Assembly: GCA_958009085.1 (NCBI GenBank)
Contig: OY253679.1
Span: forward strand, 1 to 64,000
Direction of reading: 5' to 3'
Length of the DNA: 64,000 nucleotides
DNA from: Protoeuglena noctilucae
Lineage: Eukaryota
Of the stretch, positions 37,901 through 52,031 are shown one piece after another (positions within the stretch are counted from its first letter, which is position 1; every line of letters starts with the position of its first letter). Position numbers and translations under genes: made by a program. Under the pieces are notes generated by a model. That model had not been told where the DNA came from. It did no database searches and saw only the letters and a program-made list of their open reading frames with translations.

Positions 37901-40900
37901 AACAACAACAACAATGCAGCCAACGCGCAGAGTGGGGGCAACGCTGCGCAGAGTGGCGGTGGCAATGCGGGTGGCGGTGGGGGTGCCACCGCAAGTGGCA
38001 TCCCCCACCCCCCCAGCGCCCGGGGCGGCAGCGGCCGCTCCGTCGCCGGCGCCTCGGACCAGAGCACGAAAGGCGACCCGGGCCACAGCACGAAGGGCGA
38101 CCGGGTGCCCAGCGCGGCCTCGGGGCGGTCGGTGGGGTCGTCGACCGGGGAGGCATTGCTGGCCTTGGAGGAGATGGGCATCGACCTCGACGACGTGGAC
38201 CCCGCCAAGCTCTTGAAAGTGCAGACTCTGCCGCCCATCTTCCACGTGCGCATCCACCTGGACGCCGAGGAGGACGCGCTGGCCTTCTACCCGGGGCCGC
38301 CCGGTGAGTGGCGGCGGCGATAGTGATGGCAAGTATATAGAGCGACAGTTGTATAGTATTATATGCGTAGTCACTGGTAAGTATAATAACAGTGTCTGGA
38401 TGCGGAAGAGGACGCGCTGGCGGTCTGTCCGGGGCCGCCCGGAGAGTGGGGTTGTGGTGTTATTACATCACTAGTAATGCTAGTAATTATATACTTATAG
38501 AGTGGTCGCATTATATATAATATACAAATACTGGTAAGTATAGAAATGGTGGCGATGCGTTTGGTCTGGGTGCGGAGGAGGACGCCGTCTGTCCGGGCTG
38601 TCGGGTGAGTGGTGATAAGAGCTGGTAGTAATTTGGGTAATAATTTATAGTTATTATAGAAGGTGCAATATGGGGACTATCACGCTGGGTAAGAGTACCA
38701 ATAAGTAATGCTAGACATTATAACAATGGGCTAAGCGAAAGGGGTGGGCAGAGTTTCGCACCACGCTCCCCATTCTCACATTCCCTTGACATAATCTTAT
38801 ACGCCTTATCACTTTCGTTGTAATGTCAATGATTGTCGCCGATATCGTCTCATTATCCCTATACCGATGTCATGAATTTTCTGATATTATGGAATATTAC
38901 GGCAAAATACACAATCCAACCCCCCCCCCCCCATCCCAACCCTCCCCCGCAGAGGTCCTCGAGGTGCTGGAGAACGTGATGCAGGGCTTCCTGGAGGTCA
39001 TGGACAGCGTGGGCCGCCTGCTGGGCTCGCAGGACCTCGCGCATTTCACCAGCGAGTCGCTGGAGTCCCCCGCCGGCGCCGCCCCGGCCACGTTCGTCGA
39101 CCAGATCAACGACGAGGTGCACGAGGACAACGTGCTGGGCGTCAAGGCGCTGCTGCACCAGGCGTTTGAGCGGGCCGAGCGCTTCAAGGCCTCGTTCGAG
39201 CCGCTGCGCGCGCGGCTGATGGGATACCGCGCCGTGACGCAAGCGCGCATGGAGGAGGAAGTCAAGGAGGGGGCGCGCGACCTGCAGCGCTTCGACGACG
39301 ACTGGGCGGAGTACGCGGCGGCGGTCGCGGCGGTCAAGGCCATCACTGACGAGGACCGCCACGGGAACGTCCTCCTGGACCTGCGGCCGATGAAGGAGGC
39401 GCTTCTGCCCTTCCCGGAGCGCTGCGTCGCGGAGATCCAGCGCCTCCTGCCGCGTCTCGCGTTCTCCTTCTACCAGGAGTTTGTCGCGGACGTGCACGCC
39501 GTGCAGCGGCGCCTGGCGCGCGCACCGGCCTCCGTGGAGGATTTCGTGGATTATTTGGAGGTTTTGCAGGACACGGTGGGCCGGCGGGAGTCCTTCGACG
39601 AGCGCAACGCGCTGGTGCGTTCTTACTACGATTTGATCGACAAGTTCGGCATCCGTGTCGAGGCGCGCGAGCGCGCGGCGTTCCAGACGCTCGGCCCCGA
39701 CTTCCAGCAATTTATGGAGACGCTCGAGGCGGCCGAGGCGGCCAAGGACGCGCTCATCGTGCAGTTCACGGGCGACCTCGACGCCCAGGAGACCGAGATG
39801 GTGGCCGAGGCCACGCGTGTGCGCAACGCGGCGCAGGAGGAGGCGGTCCTCGACGCTTCCTCGGACATGGACAAGGCGCTGTCGGTCACCACGCGCCTGG
39901 CGGAGGAGGTGGCGGAGCTGAAGGCCCAGGCGTCGCGCGTGGCGCGCTACCGCCAGCTCTTCCGGCTGCCCGAGCGCCGCTACCCGGAGCTGGAGGAGTC
40001 CGCGACCGAGGTCGAGCTCAAGCACCTCATGTGGCAGTCGCTCCAGGAGTGGGAGGCCGTCACGGCCGAGTGGGAGGCGTCGCCGTTTCATGCGATCGAC
40101 ACTCTGGCGGTCGAGGAGACCCTCGCCCGGTTCGTCAAGACGGTCAACCGCATCGACCGCAACTTGCCGCCCAACAAGGTCGTCGACAGGCTCAAGGACC
40201 GCGTGGGCAGGTGAGGGGGGGATGGGTAATGGGTGGCAGTGTGGGGGCGGGGTGGGGGTGGGGTGGGATTCATGGGTCAGTAGTATGGTTGGGAGGGTAG
40301 CGGTGTGTACGAGGTTGGGGGGATAGGATGAGCAGGTGTGGGGAAGCTAGTGTGGGGGTTAGGGGGACGGTAAGGGGGGTTAGAGGGAAGAGAGGGAGGG
40401 GTACGGCAATGGGGTGGGGGGTGCGTAGCGAGGGGTGTGAGAGTGGGGGGATGGGGCGAGGGGTGAGGGTGGAAGGGGTTTTAAGGGCTGCCTACAAGCA
40501 AGTATTAACGATGAGCATTACTCCGCATCTCTCACCATGCGCGGCCCCACTCTGCGACCCTTTTCCACTGCGCTGTCGATTTGCATCCCTTGTGACCCCA
40601 CCCATCTCCACAAAAGGGACACCCTGTTATTATTCGCAAAATAATATTTGCAAATCTATCCATCCATATGTCCACATCTATAATTTTTGTAATATTACAT
40701 TTGTAATTGTGTTTTTACTTACATGTATCATGGTACAGGTCCTCATACCCCTCCCTTTACTCCTAATATCTATTTCTCTGCATATAATATCTTTATCATA
40801 TCTGCATATATCTATATATTTGTACCTCCATCTGTGCCAAGTTACCAAGTATCTAACCCCTCCCCTCCCCCACCCCACCCCCAGGTACAAGGAGATCGTG

Positions 40901-43900
40901 CCCGTGGTGGTGGCGCTCCGCAACCCGAACATGAAGCCGGAGCACTGGTTTAAGGTGTCAGAAACCTTAAACCACGCGATGGACCCCGACGACGAGCGCA
41001 TCACGCTGGAGGGCGTGCTGGCGCTGGGCGTGATGTCTCACGCCGACGCGATGGTCACGGTGTCGACCGAAGCCACGCAGGAGGCGCACCTGCTGGGGAT
41101 GCTCAACAAGATCAAGGACAAGTGGAACGCGGTGGACTTCGCGATCAATCCATACAAGGACACGCGCGACGTCTTCGTGTTGGGCGGCGTCGAGGACGTG
41201 GTCACGACGTTAGAAGACTCGATGATGACGATGATGACCATCACGTCGAGTCGGTTCGTGTCCGGGATCCGCGACCACGTGGACCGGATGGAGTCGGACC
41301 TTCGCCTGTTCAGCGACACGCTTGACCAATGGCTGGAGGTGCAGAAGACGTGGGTGTACCTCGAGCCGATCTTCCAGTCCAACGATATCCGGCAGCAGTT
41401 GCCGCAAGAGAGCCGCAAGTTCGCGCAGGTGGACCTGCAGTTCAAAGAGATCATGCGCCACGCCCGGGAGCGGCCGAGCGCGCTGCAGGCCGGGACGACC
41501 CCGGGCTGGCTCGAGAAGCTCTCCAAGTGCAACGAGATGCTCGAGGAGATTGAGAAGAACCTCGAGACGTATTTAGAACAGAAGAAGATGGCGTTCCCGC
41601 GGTTCTACTTCTTGAGCAACAACGACCTGCTGGAGATCCTCTCCCAGGGCAAGGAGCCCCAGGCCGTGCAGCCGCACCTGCAGAAATGCTTCGACGGCAT
41701 CGCGCGGCTCGTGTTCGGCGACCAGCGGCAGAGCCCGGACATCCACGCGATGGTGTCGGCCGAGGGCGAGGAGGTCGCGCTGGGCAACTCCCTCAAGGCC
41801 CGCAACAACGTCGAGCAGTGGCTGGGGCAGGTGGAGAAGGACATGAAGGCCACCGTGCGCCGGCTGGCCAAGCACGCGTGGACGACTTATGCCGAGTCGC
41901 CGCGCCCAACCTGGGTGCTGGCGCACCCGGCGCAGCTGGTGCTGTCGGTGTCCAACGTCTACTGGTGCCACGCGGTGGAGTCGTGCTTCGATTCCCCGCG
42001 TCCCCCCGCGGATTTGGAGCTTTTACATCGCTCCAACGTCCGGCAGCTGTCGGAGCTGACGGCGCTGGTGCGGGGCGACCTGAGCAAGCTCGAGCGCAAG
42101 ATACTGGTCTCTCTCATTACCGTCGACGTTCACAACCGCGACATCGTCGAGGAATTGTTCAAATCGAACGTGGAGCGGGCGTCCGAGTTCCGGTGGCAGA
42201 TGCAGCTCCGGTACTACTTCGACCGTGATGCGGACGACTTGGTCATCAAGCAGGTCAACGCGGCCTTCACGTACGGCTACGAGTACCTCGGCGCGCAGCC
42301 GCGGCTGGTGGTGACGCCCATGACCGACCGCTGCTACATGACGCTGACGGGCGCGTTGCACCTCACGCTGGGGGGCGCCCCGGCCGGCCCGGCGGGCACC
42401 GGCAAGACCGAGACGACCAAGGACCTGGGGAAGTGCCTAGGGGTGCAGTGCGTGGTGTTCAACTGCGGCGACGACCTGAACCACCGGTTCATGGAGACGT
42501 TCCTGTGCGGGCTGTGCCAGTGCGGGGCGTGGGCGTGCCTGGACGAGTTCAACCGCATCGACATCGAGGTGAGGGGGGGTGGGGAAATAGATATAGTGAA
42601 TTATTATAGAATAGTACATGTATTTGATAGTAAATATAATCGGCATAGTTCAACCGCATTGAGGTGAGGCGGTTGGTGTGGAGGGAGGGACACGCGTATT
42701 ATAATATATAGTGGATAAAAGGAATTTAATGGAATATAAGGCTATGGCATGGATGGAGGGCGATGCATCTCATTACTGCAACATGGGTGCTGTATTTATT
42801 ACTGTTGCGCTCCCATGCCATTGTTATCACCGTTTTTGTCATTGCTTAATGATAAAGCGCTTTTTTGTTTTTGCTGCTTTACTATATATTCAATCTCCTT
42901 AACACATTTGCCCTAACTAAATATTCCTTCGATCATCGCTGTCCTTTTCTCACTGCCCTCTCTTCTTCGCCACCCCACACCCTCACACCCCTCCACACCT
43001 CCCCACCCCCCCAGGTCCTCTCCGTGGTCGCCCAGCAGCTCCTGCAGATCCAGAGCGCCCTCCGCGCCCGCCTGCCCGAGTTCCTCTTCTGCGGCCGGCA
43101 GATCTCGCTGCAGCCGTCGTTCGGCATGTTCACGACCATGAACCCCGGGTACGCCGGGCGCACGGAGCTGCCCGACAACCTCAAGGCGCTCTTCCGCCCC
43201 GTGGCGATGATGATCCCCGACTACGCGCTCGTCGCCGAGGTCATGCTCTTTTCCGAGGGTTTTGACGACGCCAGGTCGCTGTCGCGCAAGATGGTCAAAC
43301 TCTACAAGCTGTCCTCCGAGCAGCTGTCGCAGCAGGACCACTACGACTTCGGCATGCGCGCCCTCAAGTCCGTGCTCGTGCTGGCCGGGGCGCTGAAACG
43401 TGCTGCGCCGGGTCTGGACGAGGACGTGGTGTTGGTCCGTGCGATGCGCGACTCCAACGTCCCCAAGTTTTTAGAGGATGACGCGAGGCTCTTCAACGCC
43501 ATCGTCCAGGACCTGTTCCCGGGCCGCAACGTTCCGGACCAGGACTACGGGGAGCTGGACCTCGCGCTTCGTGCTACGGCCGAGTCCCAGCGGCTGCAGG
43601 CCAAGGACGCCTTCGCCCTCAAAGCCGTGCAGCTGTACATGACGCTCTCGGTTCGATTCGGCGTCATGCTCGTGGGGCCCACGGGGGGCGGCAAGTCCTC
43701 CGTGTGGCGGACGCTCAAAGAGGCCATGACCCGGCTTAGGCGCGAGGGCAGCCGGGACCCCGAGTACCAGCGCGTGCACGCGTTCCCGTTCAACCCGAAG
43801 GCCATCTCCAAGAACGAGATCTACGGCTACGTCGACAAGCTCACGGGGGAGTGGCGCAACGGCCTCGGGGCCACGCTAATCGCCGAGGCCAAGAATGACC

Positions 43901-46900
43901 CACGCCCCGACCGCAAGTGGGTGGTGTTCGACGGCCCCGTCGACGCCCTGTGGATCGAGGACATGAACACGGTGCTGGATGACAACTGCACGCTGTGCTT
44001 GGCCAACGGGCAGCGCATCAAGCTCAACCCGGTCACCATGCGGATGCTCTTTGAGGTCGAGGACCTCAAGGCCGCGTCGCCGGCCACCGTCTCGCGATGC
44101 GGGATGGTCTACGTGCCCGAGGCCACCGCGGGATGGGAGGCGTTCGCGCGGTCGTGGCTGGCGCGGCTCGGGGAGCTCGTTTCTGACGAGGACCGGTCCG
44201 TCAAAATCCCGGACGAGACGGCGGAGATGCTCTGGGCGATGCTGTCGAAGCATGTCCCGGCCGGGCTCGCATTCGTGCGGCGAAAGTGCACCGAGCAGGT
44301 CCCGTCCGCGGACATCAATCGCGTGGCATCGCTCACAAGGTGGTTCCAGGCGCTCGTGCGGCCCGGCAGCGGCCTCGACCTCAACGCCCCGACCGCGGAC
44401 GTGCGCCTGCAGCTGCGCAACGCCTTCGGGTTCGCGTTCGTCTGGGGCATCGGCGGAGACGTGGACTCGTCGCACTGGGACGCGTTTGACACGTTTGCGC
44501 GCGAGCAGCTCGAGGGCGACGTCATGTGGCCGCCGCGGGGCATCGTGCACGACTATTTCGTCGACACCTCTCGAGATTTCACCATGCGCGCGTGGGCGGA
44601 GGTTGTCCCCGCGTTCCAGTACCGCCCCGCCGCGCCGTACTTCCAGCTGTTGGTGCCCACGCTCGACACCACGCGCACCGCGCGCCTGCTCGCGCTCTCC
44701 CTGCGCATCCAGCGCCCGATGCTCATCACGGGCCTCTCCGGCGTCGGCAAGTCCGCGGTCGTCTCCAACCTGCTGCTAACGGGCGACGGCGCGGGCGGGG
44801 CGTCGCTGCTGCCCATCTCCGTCAACTTCTCCGCCCAGACCACCTCGCTCTCCACGCAAGAGCTCATCGAGGGCAAGATGGAGAAGATGGGCAAGCGACT
44901 GGTGCCCCCGTCCGGCAAAAAGATATGCCTCTTCGTCGACGACCTCAACATGCCCGCCCGCGAGATGTGGGGAGCGCAGCCACCTTTAGAACTCCTGCGC
45001 ACGATCCTCGACCTCGGCGGCATGTACGACCGCAAGAAGCTGTTCTGGAAGGAGCTGGTCGACGTGACGCTGGTGGCCGCGTGCGCCCCGCCCGGCGGCG
45101 GCCGGCAGCCCATCTCGGCACGCGTGCTGCGGCACTTCACCATGGTCCACATGCCGCCGCCCAGCGAGGACGTGATGCACCACATCTTTTCCAAGATCCT
45201 GGGGGGGTTCATGGACCACTACTTCCCCCCCGACCTGCGCGGCGTGGTGGACCCGATGGTGAAGGGCGCCGTCGACATCTACCGGCGCATCTCCACCGAG
45301 CTCCTCCCCACGCCCGCCAAGTCCCACTACACGTTCAGCCTCCGCGACGTGTCCAAGGTGTTCCAGGGCATCCTGCTCGTGCGCCATGGGCAGTGCCCGG
45401 ACCGAGAGGCGCTCACGCGGCTGTGGGTGCACGAGACCATGCGCGTCTTCCACGACCGGCTCGTCGACGACCCCGACCGGCAGTGGTTCCGGGATCTGGT
45501 CTTCGAGATGCTTAAGGGCAAGTTCCACGTCGCCGAGGGGCCAGAGCACTTCTTCGTCCAACGCGACATCATGTTCGCCGACTTCCTGCGCATGGGCCTG
45601 CCCGCCGAGGAGCGGGTGTACGAGGAGGTGCAGCCTGGGGTGCACGACATGGACAAGATCCTGACTTCCTATTTGGAGGAGTTCAACGACATGGGGCAGC
45701 AGCCGATGCGGCTGGTGTTCTTCGCCGACGCGATACGGCACATCTCGCGCGTCGCGCGCGTGCTGCGGCAGCCCCGGGGCAACGCCATGCTCGTCGGCGT
45801 CGGGGGCTCCGGGAAGCAGAGCCTGACGCGGTTCGCCTCGTTTCTGGCGGAGTACCAGTGCCACCAGATTGAGATCACGAGGCACTACGGTCCCCCTGAG
45901 TTCCGAGAGGACCTCAAGCATTTGTACAAGATCGCCGGCCTCGAGGGGTCCCCCGTGGTGTTCCTGTTCACCGACAACCAGATCGTGGACGAGTCGTTCG
46001 TCGAGGACCTGAACAACGTGCTCAACTCGGGCGAGGTGCCGGGGATGTACCCTGCGGACGAGAAGGAGGCGGTGCTGACCGAGATGCGCGAGTACTGCCA
46101 GGAGAACAACCTGCCTCTGACGCGGGACGCGATATGGTCCGCGTTCATCGACCGCGTGCGCGACAACCTCCACGTCGTGCTGTGCATGAGCCCCGTGGGC
46201 GCCGCCTTCCGCACGCGTTGCCGGCAGTTCCCGTCGCTGGTCAACTGCTGCACGATCGACTGGTTCAGCGAGTGGCCGCGCGAGGCGCTGCACTCGGTCT
46301 CAACGCGCTTCCTGGCCGACCTGCCCCTGGGCGACCGGGACATCAACGCGGCCCTCGCCGACCTCTGCGTCTCGGTGCACGTGGACGTGGCCGCGGAGGC
46401 GCAGGTGTTCTACGAGGAGATGCGCCGCCGCTTCTACACCACGCCCAAGTCGTATTTGGACATGATCGACCTGTACACGCAGCTGTACGACGCCCGCACG
46501 CTCGAGATGGACCAGGCGCGCGACCGGCTGAGCCGCGGCCTGCAGAAGCTCGACGAGACGAACGTGAAGGTGGCCGAGATGGAGACGGCCATCACGGAGC
46601 TGCAGCCGGTGCTGCAGGACCGGCGGCGCGCGACGCAAGAGCTGATCGAGCAAGTCACGCGCGAGCAGGAGGAGGCGAAGGAGGTGGAGGAGGTGGTGGG
46701 GAAGGAGGAGGCGCAGGTGAAGGAGAAGACGATGCGTGCGAAGGAGGCCAAGGACCAGGCGCAGATGCAGCTGGACCAGGCCATCCCGCTGCTGCAAGAG
46801 GCCGAGACGGCGCTGGGGGCGCTGAACAAGTCGGACATCAGCGAGGTGAAGGGCTTCAAGAGCCCGCCGGAGCTGGTGATGCTGACGATGGAGGGCATCA

Positions 46901-49900
46901 TGATCCTGCTGCAAGAGAAGAAGACCGACTGGGACAACGCCAAGCGCGTGCTGTCGGACGCGGGCTTCATGAACCGGCTGTACGGTTTCGACCGCGACAA
47001 CATCCCGACCGAGGTGCAGGCGCGCCTGCTGCCCATCATTCAAAATCCCCTCTTCCAGCCGGCGACCGTGGGCAAGCAGTCCAACGCGGCCCGGTCGCTG
47101 TGCATGTGGGTGCGGGCGATGGACAACTTCGCCAAGACCCTCAAGGTCGTGCGGCCGCTGCAAGAGCGCCAGGCGAAAGCAGAGGCCGAGCTCAACGCCA
47201 ACCAGGCCAAGCTGGACGCCAAGCAGGCGCAGCTGCGTGCGATCAAGTCTCGGGTGAAGGACCTAGAGCAGAGGCTGGAGGACACGCAGCGGGAGCAGAA
47301 GGAGCTGCAAGAGGAGAACGACCTCAGCCAGGCGCGGCTGGGGCGGGCGGGGAAGCTCACGGGGGCGCTGGGGGACGAGGCGGTGCGGTGGCGTGCGGAC
47401 GCCGAGCGCATCGAGGCCAAGATGAAGCAGCTGGTCGGGGACGTGTTCCTGGCGGCGGCGACCGTGTCGTACCTGGGGGCCTTCACGGGGCCGTACCGGT
47501 CGCGGCTGACGCAGGCGTGGACGCTGGCGTGCAAGCGGCGGGGGGTGCCGGTGTCGGAGCGCTTCAGCCTCCAGGAGACGCTGTCGTCGGCGGTGGAGAT
47601 GCGCGAGTGGGCGATCCAGGGTCTGCCCTCGGACCCGCTGTCGGTGGACAACGGCATCCTCGCCACGCGCGGCAAGCGGTGGCCGCTGATGATCGACCCG
47701 CAGGGCCAGGCGCACAAGTGGGTGCGGGCGATGGAGACCAAGAACGGCCTGCGCGCCGTGAAGCAGACCGACCCCAACCTGGCGCGGTACGTGGAGGCGG
47801 CCGTGCGCAACGGGCAGCCGGTGCTGATCGAGGACGTGGGGGAGACGCTGGAACCTGTATTGGAGCCGGTGCTGACGAAATCGCTGAGCTACGACGCCAG
47901 CGGGCGCAACGCGTACATCAAGCTGGGCGCTCCCGGGGAGGACGAGATGGGCACGCCGTACAGCAAGGACTTCAAGCTGTACATCTCGACCAAGATGGCC
48001 AACCCGCACTACCTCCCTGAGGTGTGCATCAAGGTCACGCTCATCAACTTCACCGTCACGCTCCAGGGCTTGGAGGATCAGCTGCTGACGCACGTGGTGC
48101 GGATCGAGAACAAGGACCTGGAGGACGACAAGAACAAGCTGGTGGTGTCGATCTCGAACGACCGGCGGCAGCTAAAGGGGCTAGAGGATCAGATCCTGAA
48201 GCTGCTGAGCGACGCGGGCGACGCCATCTTGGACGACGACCACGCCATCAAGATGCTCAACAACAGCAAGCTGACTTCGGGGGTCATTCAGAATCGCGTG
48301 AGGGAAGCCGAGGTCAACGAGCGAGAGATCAACGCCAAGCGCGAGCAGTACCGCCCCGCGGCGCGGCGGGGATCGATCCTTTACTTCGTCATCGCCGACC
48401 TGGCCAGCATCGACCCCATGTACCAGTATTCGCTGCAATTCTTCATCGAGATGTACCGCGAGTGCGTGCGCAGCGCCGAGCGCGCGGACGACGTGAGGCA
48501 GCGGCTCAAGAACGTCATGGCGTACATGACGCTGTTCGTGTTCCGCACCATCTGCCGTGGCCTGTTTGCGGCGCACCAGTCCATCTTCTCCTTCCTCATC
48601 TGCACCTCGATCAAGCGGCTCACGTCCGACGACCCGGAGATATCCGCGGAGGAGTGGGACTTCCTGCTACGGGGGCCGAGGGGGGCGGCGGGGGCGGGCG
48701 AGGGCGGCAAGGGCGACGGGAAGGGCGGGAAGGGGGGCAAGGGTAAAGTCCCCGTGGGCCCGCCGAACCCAGACCCTTCCTGGATCACCCCCGCGGTGTG
48801 GCAGGGCGTGCTGGCGCTTCAGGCGTCGTGCGAGCGTTTCGACGGACTGGCCGACTCAGTCGCCCGCTCCCCCGGGGAGTGGCGGGCGTTCGCGGAGTCC
48901 CCCGCGCCGCTCACGGACGCCATCCCCATGGACTGGGGCCTCGACATCGTGGACAGTTTCATGCGGCTGCTGTGCGTGCGGGTGTTCCGGGAGGAGGCGC
49001 TCGCGTCGTGCTTCGCGGCTTACGTGGACCTGGAGTTGGGCCGCGATTTCATCGAGATCCCGCCGTTCCAACTATCGGACGTCTTCCCGGAGACGAGGAA
49101 GAAAGTACCCGTGGTGTTCGTACTCACGACGGGTGCCGACCCGACCGGCATGCTGCAGCGGTTCGCCGAGAGCAAGGGGCGCCTGAGCAACGACAAGCTG
49201 CACATCATATCGCTGGGGTCCGGCCAGGGCCCTCACGCGGAGAACGTGATTGAGATGGCCAAGCGGACCGGCGACTGGGTGTGTCTGCAGAACTGCCACC
49301 TGGCGCGCAGCTGGATGACGCAGCTGGAACGGAAGGTCGAGGAGTTGCAGGAACGATCCGCGGGGGTGCACGCCGACTTCCGGCTGTGGCTCACCTCCAT
49401 GCCGGCGGCTCACTTCCCGGTCCCCGTGCTGCAGTCGTCGATCAAGATCACCGTCGAACCGCCCAAGGGCCTCAAAGCCAACCTGACTCGAACCTATAAC
49501 GACTTCCCGGAGTCGTTCCTGTCCGATCCGCACCCGCGCCCGGAGGCCTGGCGCCGCCTGGTGTTTGCGTGTTCGTTCTTCCATGCGGCGGTGCAAGAGC
49601 GGCGCAAGTTCGGCCCACTTGGATGGAATATTCGGTACGAGTTCAGTCAGGGGGATCTCGACTGCTCGCTCGCGAATCTGCGATCGCTGCTGGCGGGGGA
49701 GGGGCAGGGGGACAACGCGGCTTCGACGCCGTGGGACGCGTTGTTGTACATCACGGGCGATATCAACTACGGGGGTCGCGTGACGGATGATAACGACCGG
49801 CACCTGCTCAAGTGCATCCTCAGGCAGTTCTACACGCCCAAGGTGACTTGTTGGGGGTTGTGAAGGGGTGGTGTGGCTGGGGGTATAACAGATCATTTGC

Positions 49901-51579
49901 ATATCTTTATTATATAATATATATAATTAATATCGACATCTCTTTTCCCCCTTTCTCCCCCTCCCCCCAGGCCCTCGATGACAAGTTCTACATCACGCGC
50001 GACGGCCTCTACCAGGCACCCCACGACTGCAGCAGGGGCCGGGTGCTTGAGTATCTGAAGAACCTGCCCGCCACGGAGGGCCCCGAGGTGTTCGGGATGC
50101 ACGAGAACGCAGACATCACCTTCCAACTGCAAGAGACGAGGAGGGCCGTGGACGCGATTCTGGCGATGCAGCCGCGGGTGGCGGCGGGGGCGGGGAAGCG
50201 GCCACCGGCCGAGGTGGTGGCGGCGCTGGCGGCGGAGATAGGTGAGTGGGGGATGAGGAGTCCGATAATAGGGGAACGAAGGTGTTGTCAGTGGTAGATG
50301 GGAAAGCGGCCGCTGGCCGAGGTGGTGGCGGCGCTGGCGGCGGAGATCGGTGAGTTGGGGAGTTATATGAAGGGTTTTGGTGATTGGCATGAGATATTAA
50401 TGGTAGATGGGGATGGGTGAGGGGGGTTGTGGTGTGGTGGATGGTGTGAGGTGGTGGCGGCAGAGAAAGGTGAGCAAAAGAGTTATATGAGGAGGTTTAA
50501 TTACTGGGAATTAGATGTGAATGATCGATGGGTGTGGTAGATGGGGTGCAACGAATGGGGCTGACTGCAGATGCCCGTTCTCAACCCCCCTCCCCTTCCC
50601 TCCCCCCCAGAGGCCTCCCTCCCCCCACCCCTCGACCTCTCCCTCGCCCCCTCCAACCCGGAACGCAACCCCTTCGCCCCCATGCCATCCGGCCACGACA
50701 ACTCATTGGGCATCGTGCTGCGGCAGGAGGCCGACCGATTCCAGGCCCTGCTCTCCGCCATGCGCACGTCCCTGCAGGACCTGCAGCGCGCGATCCAGGG
50801 ACTGGTGGTCATGAGCGGCGATTTAGAGGCCATGTTCGGGTCCTTACTCGACAGCCGCGTTCCCGCGTTGTGGGAAGCGAAAGCGTACCCCAGCCTCAAG
50901 CCGCTGGGCGCCTGGACGGCCGACTTCCTCGACCGCATGCGGTTCGTCGCCGATTGGATCACCCGGGGCGAGCCCGCGTCTTTCTGGCTGCCCGGGCTCT
51001 TCTTCCCCCAAGGGTTCATGACGGCGGTATTGCAAAACCACGCGCGCAAGACCCAGGTGCCGGTGGACCGCCTCAACTTCGCCTTCGAGGTGCTGCAGAC
51101 CGACGACGTCGGGGGGCTGGAAAAGGGGCCGACGGACGGGGCGTTCGTGCATGGGCTGTTCTTGGAATCGGCCCGGTGGGACCCGGTGGGAGGGTGCCTG
51201 GCCACGGCGGCGCCACGGGAGATGTACGCGAGGCTCCCAGTCGTGCACCTCGTCCCGCGCGTCGACTACGAGCCGCCGGAGGACGAATACCAGTGCCCGC
51301 TCTACAAGACCAGCCTGCGGTGAGGAGTTGTTATGTGTGGCCAGGCGTTGCGGGCTGCGGGAGGCTGCAGAGGTTGCGGGTTGAGAATGCCGGCACGGGG
51401 AGGGAGAGATGATGAAAGTTGCTGCATCGTCCGTTCCTCACAGGGCCGGCACGCTCAACACGACGGGCCAGAGTACCAACTTTGTGCTGTACATCTCACT
51501 CAAGCTGCCCGAGACGCTCAGCGCGCCGTCGTTCTGGACGCTGCAGGGCGTTGCGGCCCTCTGTGCGCTCGACACGTGA
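34999..51579 (+). CDS. Axonemal inner-arm (single-headed) dynein heavy chain, DNAH6-like
   Basis: P-loops GPAGTGKT, GPTGGGKS, GLSGVGKS and GVGGSGKQ, plus stalk and MTBD. C-terminus CPLYKT..RAGTLNTTGQSTNFV. N-terminal YKPYDLKVV..YTMSAQGVTH..FRLWKGF..WKNYVR resembles the DNAH6 group. The first three exons are tentative. Confidence 0.95.
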
Positions 51580-52031
51580 TCCCCGCGGCGCGGCGCGGCC
51601 GCAGGGAGCGCGTGCGCCTGCTGGCCCCGCTACGCTCGCCCAGGGCCAGCCCCGCGCGGTGGCCCGCGGCTTCCCTCGTTGCTTCTTTTCGTAACTTCTA
51701 GATGTACCTTAATGCCGATGCCCTAACCCCCCGTGATTGAAGCTGTACTTGGGTACCAGAACCTCCGCTGGCAAAACAGCCCGCCGCGGTCGGGGCCGGC
51801 GCGCTGACGGGCGGATGCGGTCCCCTCCCGCCTCTATCTGTCGATTGGAGTCGTCTCGCGGGCACCTGCCTCCTCGCTCCCCGCTGAATTTCGAATTCCG
51901 TCGGGCGTTCCCGGCGCGACGCGTTGGACCCCCTCGCTTCGAGCGAGACAGCGCTCGGGGTTGCTTAACGCGACTCACATTTCTAGAGGCGGTCGTCTCC
52001 CCCGCGGGAGCCCGCCGGGCGAGGCCCTAGG

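Noticed and set aside
38859..49902. Long antisense and off-frame ORFs over dynein (e.g. 46134-48020, 44986-46293)
   Set aside because: Shadows of GC3-biased codon usage in the real CDS.
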